The position numbers and the translations under genes are program-made. Positions 40,881 through 48,538 of a stretch of DNA of 64,000 nt are shown in pieces. The DNA lies in NCBI GenBank assembly GCA_965223855.1, contig CBDCXM010000009.1, positions 1,120,001-1,184,000 on the forward strand, written 5' to 3'. The notes beneath the pieces were generated by a model. That model ran no database searches. It was given only the letters and a program-made list of their open reading frames with translations, and was not told the origin of the DNA. The stretch comes from Candidatus Multivoradales bacterium (lineage in GTDB: Bacteria > Acidobacteriota > Thermoanaerobaculia > Multivoradales > JAHEKO01). Position 1 is the stretch's first letter. Each line of letters opens with the position of its first letter.

Positions 40881-41368
40881 GCCGGCTCGCCGGTCTCGCT
40901 CTCGCCTTCGCAGTGACCGGACTGTCGGCCGATGCTCCGGCGACCGGCTCTCTCTGGGACGACCTCGGGTTCCGCGATCTCGACGGTCGCGAATGGAGGC
41001 GCCCGGAGCTCGAAGGGCGGGTCGTCCTGCTCGACTTCTGGGCCACCTGGTGCGCCCCCTGCCTGGCGCAGTTCCCGGTCTTCCGCGAAGCTCTCGAGCG
41101 CTTCGGCGACGACGGACTTCTCATCGTCGGCGTGTCGATGAACGAGAGCGATCGCGCCACGCTCGAGCGCTTCCTCGCCAGCCGCGATGTCGGCTGGCCG
41201 CAGGTCCACGACGGCCGCGGGCTCACCGGGCCGCTGGCACGCAGGTTCGACGTCACCGCTCTGCCGCGAACGGTTCTGGTGGATCGTCGCGGCAGGGTGG
41301 TGGGAGTCGATCTCGAGGCCGAGCTGCTGCTTGCCGCCTTGCCGGCACTGCTGTCGACCGAGCGATGA
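40877..41368 (+). CDS. TlpA-family thiol:disulfide oxidoreductase
   Basis: DLDG, GRVVLLDFWATWCAPC, LPRTVLVDRRG; GTGA overlap with the receptor. Confidence 0.92.
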   Translation: MSRLAGLALAFAVTGLSADAPATGSLWDDLGFRDLDGREWRRPELEGRVVLLDFWATWCAPCLAQFPVFREALERFGDDGLLIVGVSMNESDRATLERFLASRDVGWPQVHDGRGLTGPLARRFDVTALPRTVLVDRRGRVVGVDLEAELLLAALPALLSTER

Positions 41369-41393
41369 GTTGACAGCTCTCGTTGGGCAGCAG

Positions 41394-42593
41394 TCAGGGC
41401 CTGCGATCGGCGGCCCGGCGGCTCAGCTCCACCCGCAGACGAGTTTCGTGGGGCCCTTCCTGCTCTTCGAAGAGGAGAGTGACGAGACCCTCTCCGGGTC
41501 TTTCCCACGAGGTCGTCGCCCGACCGGGGGCTGGGAGCAGGGGATCGGGGAGGGAGAACGGTTCGAGCTCGCCTCGGATGGCGAGCTCCGGATGGTGGAC
41601 GAAGACGAGGTCGGCGGTGTCCTCGGTGCTGAGCCGATATTGGTGTGTCGTGCCAGGCCTGTTGTCCAGGTGATAGGTGAACCACACCCCGACCGAGGGG
41701 CGGTAGGTGATCGCCTGGAGAATCTGCCGACCCCCCCACGAAAGCACGGAGAGCACTCCGCAACCGTTCTGAAACCGGGCGGCAACGAGGCGGGCTGGCC
41801 AGCTCTCGCCACGTTCGTTCGTGGCTTCGCCGCGCCAGTCGCCTTCGAGCCAGTCGAAGCGGTGGAACGGGCGCTCCGTGCAGTGAGAACCGTCGAACCA
41901 GTCGGGCAGCGGCTGCCCCACTTTCGGTAGCGTCAGGCCCTCTACCTTGCGCCGGAACTCCGTGATCTGACCCGGTCGCCAGGTGTCGCCCGAGTCCCTG
42001 GTCTCTGCACTGTCCCAGCGAAGTCGCGCGGGGTGGATGTCGGAGAAGGTGTAGCGACGGGTGACCAGGCCGGCGTCATCCGTCCAACTCGAGTAGAGCT
42101 GTACCCGACCGTGCCGCATGCCTCCCTGCAGTTGATCCAGGTAGGCGTAGCTCTTGTCGGGTCCGGCCCAGTTCTGTGCCATCACCCAACGCTGCCTGGC
42201 GGGGTCGAAGTAGCGAATGGAGAAGCCCTGAGTCCGGCTCCCGTCCTGAACGGTCTGGCCGCGGGCGAGCTCGACGAGGGCCTTGCCGTGGAGGACCGGG
42301 AAGATCCAGGCATCGGTGGTCTCCGTTGAATCTGCGTTCTCGAGTCGGCCCTCGACAGCAGCGCGCCAGTTCGCCTCCCAGGCTCCGATCCAGAAGTCGA
42401 ACTGCCGACTCGGACCCTGGTCGAAGGGGGGCTTCACCTGTCCACCGAACGCCTCCAGGAGGCTCTCGGTCTCGTTGATGTGCTCGGCAGCAGTGCCCGG
42501 GCCGGCAAGGCACACCGAGGCCGTCGCGACGATCGCGAATGTACGGAGTCCCGGGGTGGCGAAACGGAAGACCGATGGCAAGCTTCGGATCAT
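41394..42593 (-). CDS. Secreted protein with two DUF1579-like beta-barrel repeats
   Basis: AGGAGG RBS, signal peptide, QFDFWIGAW and RFDWLEGDW repeat starts, TRDSGDTW. Confidence 0.6.
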   Translation of the reverse strand: MIRSLPSVFRFATPGLRTFAIVATASVCLAGPGTAAEHINETESLLEAFGGQVKPPFDQGPSRQFDFWIGAWEANWRAAVEGRLENADSTETTDAWIFPVLHGKALVELARGQTVQDGSRTQGFSIRYFDPARQRWVMAQNWAGPDKSYAYLDQLQGGMRHGRVQLYSSWTDDAGLVTRRYTFSDIHPARLRWDSAETRDSGDTWRPGQITEFRRKVEGLTLPKVGQPLPDWFDGSHCTERPFHRFDWLEGDWRGEATNERGESWPARLVAARFQNGCGVLSVLSWGGRQILQAITYRPSVGVWFTYHLDNRPGTTHQYRLSTEDTADLVFVHHPELAIRGELEPFSLPDPLLPAPGRATTSWERPGEGLVTLLFEEQEGPHETRLRVELSRRAADRRP

Positions 42594-42796
42594 GAGCACC
42601 TCCTGGCGTGCGGGACACGGCCGGGCGCGGCGCGCCTCTGACCGCCACGGTAGGACCTTGGTCCCCGGGCCGCTATCAGGATCGTGCTCGGTAGGCGAAC
42701 GGGCGCCCGGTGGTAGCGGGCGCCGGGACGCTCGTCAGGTCGGCCCTTGAGACCGACGACGGCCTCGGAGCGAGCGCCCCGGCGCGATGACCACTT

Positions 42797-45700
42797 CTAG
42801 TTCGGCATCCCGCGTCCCGTCGACCATGGCACGCCGGCGTCGTCCAGCGCCTGTTCGAGAGCCGGCAGCTCGTCGAAGAGGGTCTTCAACTCCGCTGCCA
42901 GCGCCGCGTACTCCTCGCGCACGATCTCGAGCTGGCGCTGCTGCGCCGGTGTCGGACCGTAGGTCGAGAAGGCGTTGCCGAACGAGACGTTGCCGAGGCG
43001 GTCGGCGATCGGGATGCTCTCGCGCTGGATGTTGTAGATCTCGTGGCGCTCGTCGCCGTCCCAGCGGAAGTGGAGGTCGAGCAGAGTGCGTCGCATCGTG
43101 CGGGTGCGCTCGGCGAGCGAGTGGTCCGCGACGGGCGCACGCTCGAGCGCCTCGAGCATGCCGTCGAGCTTTTCCTCCGCTTCGGTCATCACCTGGTGCG
43201 TGCCGCCGGTGCGGCGCTCGAACTCGGCGAGGTCCGAGAAGAAGGCGGCCACCTGCGCCGGCTCCATCCCGGGCAGGCCACGAGTGCGCAGCGGCACGAC
43301 CTCGAACGACTCGGCGAGGCCGAGGTCGGTGACCTCGCCGTCGACGCTCTTCGAGAGCGAAACGCTGTAGCTGCCCGGGGCGACGAGATAGCCGCTGCCG
43401 TTGTCGCCGAAGAAGCCGCCGCCTGCGCCGACGGGATCGCTCGATGGATGGCGCAAGTCCCAGGCGACACGATGGAAGCCGGCCGAGGTCGGACCGTCGA
43501 GGCGCCGCACGACGTTGCCAGAGGCGTCGCGGATCGTCAGGTGGATCGCCGGATCGGCCTCGAGCTCCTCCTCGCGCAGGGCGTCCCATCCGGGGTAGGG
43601 GGTGTCTTCCCCTTCCTTGGCGAGCTTCGCCTCCTCCTTCTGGCGCTTCTGCTTGGTGGTTTCGAGGCTCTCGGCGAGGTAGTAGGTCACCACGGCGCCG
43701 AACGGCGGGTTCGGGGCGACGTAGAACGAGTCGCCCTGGCTCCCCTTCTCGCCGAAGCCGTAGATCCGGCGGGGGATGTACCACTTGGCTTCGCGCACCG
43801 GGAAGAGCAGCGCCTCGCTCGCGAGCGCCTCCTCGTTGACGTGCCGCAGCGGCGTGTAGTCGTCGAAGATGAAGAAGCCGCGGCCGAAGGTCGCACCGAC
43901 AAGATCGTTCTCGCGAGTCTGGATGGCGAGGTCGCGGAACGAGATGTTCGGCACGCCGCCGGTGAGCTCGATCCACTGCTCGCCGCCGTCGACGGTGAAG
44001 AAGACCCCGAACTCGGTGCCGGCGAAGAACAGCTCCGGATCGACGTGGTCCTGAACCAGCCGCCAGACGAGGTGGCGCTCCGGCAGATCGCCGGCCATCG
44101 ACTTCCAGCTGCGCCCGCGGTCGGTCGAACGGTAGAGGTACGGTGCGAAGTCGCCCGCCTTGTGCTGGTCGACCGCCACGTAGACCGTATCGGCGTCGTG
44201 GAGGTCGGCCTTGATGTCGTTGACGAAGAAGAAGTCGTCGACGCCCGGAAGCGAGTCGACCTCGCGCCAGGTCGCGCCGCCGTCCTCGGTGATCTGAACG
44301 AGGCCATCGTCACTGCCGGCGTAGATGAGATTCTCGTCGAGCGGCGACTGGGACAGCGAGGTGATCGTGCCGTACTGCGACATGGCATAGAGGTCCCAGG
44401 CGGCGTCGATGCTCCACACCCGTCCCATCATCGGCTCGGTGAGACGGTCGAGGCCGCGGGTCAGGTCGCCCGAGATGGTCCGCCACGAGTCGCCACGGTC
44501 GTCGCTCTGCCAGACCCGATGGCCGGCGAAGAAGATCGTCGTCGGGTCGTGGGGGCTGATGAGGATCGGCGAATCCCAGTTGAAGCGCTCGCTCGGCTCG
44601 CCCTGCTCGGGCTGCGGCTTGATGTAGACGATCTCGCCCGTCTTGCGGTCCCAGCGGACGAGATTGCCCTCCTGCCACTCCGAGTAGACGATGTTCGGAT
44701 CGGACGGGTCGATCGCCGGCTGATGACCGTCGGCGAAGACCGTGATCTCCCAGTCGGCATTGCGGATGCCGGAGCTGTTGTCGGTGCGCGACGGTCCGTA
44801 CTGCGTGCTGTTGTCCTGGGTGCCGCCGACCACGTGGTAGAAGGGCTCGTCGTAGTCGACCGCGACCTTGTAGAACTGTGTCACCGGCAGGTTGGCGGCG
44901 AACTTCCAGGTCGAGCCGAGATCCCAGCTCTCATAGATGCCGCCGTCGGTGCCGGCGAGCAGGTAGTGCGGGTCGTGCTTGCTGAAGGCGAGCGCGTGGT
45001 TGTCGCCGTGCTTCGTCTGCTGGTTGAGCGAGATGAAGTTCTCGCCGCCGTCCTCCGTCACGCTCTGGGCGTTGTTCATCTGGTAGACGCGGTCGAACTG
45101 GTGCGGGCTGGCGATGAGCTCCTGGTAGTAGTGCGGGCCGGTGCCGCCGGAGACGAAGTCGCTCCGCTTCTCCCAGCTCTCGCCACCGTCGGTGGAGCGG
45201 AAGAAGCCGCCCTCCCGGGCGCCGAGTTCGATCGTCGCGTAGACGACGTTCGACTGGAGCGGCGAGTAGGCGAGGCCGATCTTCCCCTTGTCTCCCGACG
45301 GGATGCCGCTCGTGAGTTCCCGCCAGGTGGCGCCGCCGTCGGTCGACTTGTGAATTCCGCTCTCCGGGCCGCCGTTCATCAGCGCGGCGACGTTGCGGAA
45401 GCGCTGATGAGTCGCCGCCAGCAGGGTCTGCGGGTCGTCCGGGTGCATCACCACCTCGTTGACGCCGGTGTACTCGCCGACGCCGAGGATCTTCTCCCAG
45501 CTCTCGCCGCCGTCGGTCGACTTGTAGAGCCCGCGCTCGCCGCCGGCGGACCACAGCGGGCCCTGCGAAGCGACGTAGATCGTGTTCGAGTCGGTCGGGT
45601 CGATGACGATGTTTCCGATGTGCTCGGACTCCGAGAGCCCCTTCGACTCCCACGACTTGCCGCCGTCGCGGCTGACGTAGACGCCGTCGCCGTAGGCGAC

Positions 45701-46087
45701 GTGACGGCCGCCGACGTTCTCGCCGGTGCCGACCCAGAGCACATCGGGGTTGTTCGGGTCGAGAGTCAGGCAGCCGATCGAGTACGACGGCTGGCTGTCG
45801 AAGATCGACTCCCAGGTGGTGCCGGCGTTGGTGGTCTTCCAGATGCCGCCGCTACCGATCGCGACCCACCAGACCGATTCGTCTTCGGGGTGCATGACGA
45901 TGTCGGAGACCCGGCCCGACATCATCGCCGGCCCGATGCCGCGCAGTTCGAGGCCGGCGAACGTCGCCGCCTTCATCTTCGAGTCGTCTTCTTCCTCGTG
46001 ATCGTCCGCCCAGGCGCCGGGAAGCGGCAGGAGCAGGAGAGCGAAGAGCGCGAGCAGGGTGTAGAGCGGCGTCGAACGTCGGTCCAT
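42797..46087 (-). CDS. Secreted BNR/sortilin (VPS10-like) beta-propeller protein
   Basis: LRGIGPAMMSGR, many STDGG.SW repeats, HGDNH, GGTQDN, ATFGRGF, coiled-coil C-terminus. Confidence 0.9.
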   Translation of the reverse strand: MDRRSTPLYTLLALFALLLLPLPGAWADDHEEEDDSKMKAATFAGLELRGIGPAMMSGRVSDIVMHPEDESVWWVAIGSGGIWKTTNAGTTWESIFDSQPSYSIGCLTLDPNNPDVLWVGTGENVGGRHVAYGDGVYVSRDGGKSWESKGLSESEHIGNIVIDPTDSNTIYVASQGPLWSAGGERGLYKSTDGGESWEKILGVGEYTGVNEVVMHPDDPQTLLAATHQRFRNVAALMNGGPESGIHKSTDGGATWRELTSGIPSGDKGKIGLAYSPLQSNVVYATIELGAREGGFFRSTDGGESWEKRSDFVSGGTGPHYYQELIASPHQFDRVYQMNNAQSVTEDGGENFISLNQQTKHGDNHALAFSKHDPHYLLAGTDGGIYESWDLGSTWKFAANLPVTQFYKVAVDYDEPFYHVVGGTQDNSTQYGPSRTDNSSGIRNADWEITVFADGHQPAIDPSDPNIVYSEWQEGNLVRWDRKTGEIVYIKPQPEQGEPSERFNWDSPILISPHDPTTIFFAGHRVWQSDDRGDSWRTISGDLTRGLDRLTEPMMGRVWSIDAAWDLYAMSQYGTITSLSQSPLDENLIYAGSDDGLVQITEDGGATWREVDSLPGVDDFFFVNDIKADLHDADTVYVAVDQHKAGDFAPYLYRSTDRGRSWKSMAGDLPERHLVWRLVQDHVDPELFFAGTEFGVFFTVDGGEQWIELTGGVPNISFRDLAIQTRENDLVGATFGRGFFIFDDYTPLRHVNEEALASEALLFPVREAKWYIPRRIYGFGEKGSQGDSFYVAPNPPFGAVVTYYLAESLETTKQKRQKEEAKLAKEGEDTPYPGWDALREEELEADPAIHLTIRDASGNVVRRLDGPTSAGFHRVAWDLRHPSSDPVGAGGGFFGDNGSGYLVAPGSYSVSLSKSVDGEVTDLGLAESFEVVPLRTRGLPGMEPAQVAAFFSDLAEFERRTGGTHQVMTEAEEKLDGMLEALERAPVADHSLAERTRTMRRTLLDLHFRWDGDERHEIYNIQRESIPIADRLGNVSFGNAFSTYGPTPAQQRQLEIVREEYAALAAELKTLFDELPALEQALDDAGVPWSTGRGMPN

Positions 46088-46148
46088 CTTGGGAGTTCTC
46101 CTCGAGAGAGTGATCCGGTACGGCGAGTCGGGAAGGTTAGCAAGGTAC

Positions 46149-46174
46149 GAAACCGGAGAGCGCCGTGTTGCGTC
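46149..46174 (+). promoter_or_regulatory. Possible ECF sigma promoter GAAAC-N17-CGTC
   Basis: GAAAC cggagagcgccgtgttg CGTC about 100 bp upstream of the DUF4407 gene. Confidence 0.35.
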
Positions 46175-46277
46175 CTCTCTGATGAAGGGCGCGGACTCCG
46201 GGGCCGGGAGGGATCGCTTCCGGTCGAGTACCGGCGAGGTCGCGCCGTCGCAAACATCAAGAGGGAAGGGAGCCACG

Positions 46278-47336
46278 ATGAACGACAGTCGACCGACGAA
46301 GTTTCTGCTCTGGTGTGCCGGTGCCGATCGCCGGCTGCTCGACCGGGTCCCTGCCACCGAGCGCACCCGCCAGGTCGGCCTCGGGACGCTCGTTCTCGTG
46401 CCGGCGGTCCTCGCGCTGGTGTCGATGAGCTATGCCCTCTCGACCCTGACCGACGCACCCGCCGTCTACTGGGGCGGCGGCCTCCTGTGGGCGGCGATCG
46501 TCTTCTGCTTCGATCGCTACGTCGTCTCGACCCTGCGCAAGTCCGAGTCGGTCGCCGCCGACCTCGGGTCTCCGATCTTCCTCAGCCGGGTGCTGCTGGC
46601 CGCCTTCGTCGGCATCGTCGTCGCCCATCCGCTGGTGCTACTGGTTTTCGATCGCTCGATCGAGCAGCGTCTCGATCGTGACGAGCGAGGGGTGCGCCGG
46701 GCGATGGCGATCGAGAGCACCGCGACGATCGAGGAACTGCGGGAGGAGATCGCCGCTCGTGAGGCAGGTCTCGAACGGCTCGCCGAGCGGCGCAACCGAC
46801 TCCAGCAGACCCTGACCGAGGAGATCGACGGCATCGTCACCGGCCGCACGACCGGCATCGCGGGCCGCGGAGCCTCGGCGCGGGAGAAGGAGCGGCAGCT
46901 CGTGCTCGCCGAAGAGGAGTTCGAACGGATGCGGACTTCGGTGGACGAACAGGTGGCAGGGCTGCGAGCCGAGATCGGTGATCTGCAGGCGGTCGATCGG
47001 TCGGGCGCGGCCGCCTTCTCGGCTTCACGCGACTACCTGGCGCGGGTGGAAGCGCTGGCCGCTCTGGCGACCGAGTCGCGCCACGTGCGGTGGGTGCAGG
47101 CGTTCCTGATCCTCTTCTTCGTGTTCGTCGACACCCTGCCGATCCTCTTCAAGGGGATGTCGGCCCGGGGCCCGTACGACGAGCTCCTGGCGGCGGAGGA
47201 GCTCGATTCTTCGCTCGCCACCTCAGCGCGGACCGAATCGCTCGAGGGCGATGCTCTCGTCGCCCGGCGGGCGCGGGCGCGTGAGTTCCATCTGGACGGC
47301 GGCGGCTACTCGAGCCTCGACGAAACCGGCGTCTGA
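46278..47336 (+). CDS. DUF4407-family membrane coiled-coil protein
   Basis: FL.WCAGAD, E.....GLG, FDRY.VS, PL.L..F...I, E..G...G..G.G, D..P...K.....GPYD. Confidence 0.85.
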   Translation: MNDSRPTKFLLWCAGADRRLLDRVPATERTRQVGLGTLVLVPAVLALVSMSYALSTLTDAPAVYWGGGLLWAAIVFCFDRYVVSTLRKSESVAADLGSPIFLSRVLLAAFVGIVVAHPLVLLVFDRSIEQRLDRDERGVRRAMAIESTATIEELREEIAAREAGLERLAERRNRLQQTLTEEIDGIVTGRTTGIAGRGASAREKERQLVLAEEEFERMRTSVDEQVAGLRAEIGDLQAVDRSGAAAFSASRDYLARVEALAALATESRHVRWVQAFLILFFVFVDTLPILFKGMSARGPYDELLAAEELDSSLATSARTESLEGDALVARRARAREFHLDGGGYSSLDETGV

Positions 47337-47370
47337 AGCCGGGTGACAGGAACGCGGCCGGGGTGCCTCG

Positions 47371-48456
47371 CTACCCGCTGCCGCTTCCGCGGCCGGAGAC
47401 GAGGGTCGAGATCTTGTCGTTCACGACCTCCTGGACTCGCTGCGAGAAGAGCTCGCTCTTGGTGCGAGCCTTGTTGAGCAGGCGGCGCGCCTTGCGCGGC
47501 TCGCCGCGATCGAACTGGATCCGGGCGAGGTGAAGGTAGATCTCGGGCAGGTCCGGTTCGAGCCGTCGCGCGCGCTGGAGCATCTGCTCGGCGGCGGCGA
47601 CGTCCCTGACTTCGAGCATCCGCTCCGCTTCGGCGACGAGGAAGAACGGGTTCTGCGTCTGGAGCTGGAGCAGTCGGGCGTTGACCTCCTCGGCCTCGTC
47701 ATGCTGCCCGGTACGCCGATAGAGGCCCGAGAGGTTCTCGAGTGCCGACAGCAGTTCCGGCTCCAGTTCGAGGGCCCGCTCGAGAGCGACGAACGCTCCC
47801 GAGAAGTCGTCCTGACGACGCTTGAGGATGGCGACGTTGTTCCAGGTGGCGGCGAAATCGGGGTCGATCTCGAGTGCGACGTCGAACCATCGCTCGGCGG
47901 TGTCGAGGTCGTCGTCGATCAGAGCCTCGGTCGCGATCGCCTTGTAGTAGTGGGCCATCGCCCGCGCGTCGCTGATGGAGCGCAGCTCGTAGTAGCTCTT
48001 GGCCTGGCCGGGGAGAAAATCGATGGTCAGCAGCTCGCCACCGACCCGTACCCCGCCGACGATGTGATCGCTCCTCACGACCACTCCGTCATCGCGGTAG
48101 AAGACCTCGTAGTCTTCGACCTCGACGAAGTGCGCCTTGAGCCCGGCGCTGCGCCCGAGAGCGACGAACAGGTTGACCAGCGAGAGACAGTTGCCGGCCC
48201 GCTCTTCGAACGCCTCGGCGCCCGTAAGGGTGGGCCGCCTGCGGTAGGTGAAGCCGAGGCCGTCCTCTTTGTCGAAGATCAGCTCGACGATCGCCTGCAT
48301 CTTCGCCTCGGTGCCCCGCGGGAGTTCCCCGAGGCGGGCCTTCATCTCGGCCGTCGCCTCGAAGGGCGACGGAGCCGGGCCTTCGTAGGCGGTGGCCGTC
48401 GTGACCCCGGCCTGGGTCAGCAGGCCTGCGACGATGGCGAGGGCACGCAGTCTCAT
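47371..48456 (-). CDS. Secreted transglutaminase-like domain plus TPR protein
   Basis: GNCLSL..LF.AL.R..GL, H and IDF triad residues, then TPRs (AWNN-like ATWNN, ALENL). Confidence 0.85.
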   Translation of the reverse strand: MRLRALAIVAGLLTQAGVTTATAYEGPAPSPFEATAEMKARLGELPRGTEAKMQAIVELIFDKEDGLGFTYRRRPTLTGAEAFEERAGNCLSLVNLFVALGRSAGLKAHFVEVEDYEVFYRDDGVVVRSDHIVGGVRVGGELLTIDFLPGQAKSYYELRSISDARAMAHYYKAIATEALIDDDLDTAERWFDVALEIDPDFAATWNNVAILKRRQDDFSGAFVALERALELEPELLSALENLSGLYRRTGQHDEAEEVNARLLQLQTQNPFFLVAEAERMLEVRDVAAAEQMLQRARRLEPDLPEIYLHLARIQFDRGEPRKARRLLNKARTKSELFSQRVQEVVNDKISTLVSGRGSGSG

Positions 48457-48538
48457 GTGCGGTTCAACGGGCTTGGACCGAACGGGCATTCCGTCCCGTC
48501 CGGCGTCGAGTGGTGCGGGCGCCGGCAGTCAGCGCTCT

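Noticed and set aside
46145-46195. Hammerhead-like GAAA and CTGATGA words
   Set aside because: Stems I and II cannot form with the required geometry.
43043-46681. Very long antisense ORFs (also 58180-61797, 28639-30834, 15839-18028, 11879-13870, 5562-7295)
   Set aside because: They are shadows of real genes caused by high-GC codon bias; low-complexity R/A/G/V translations with no motifs.
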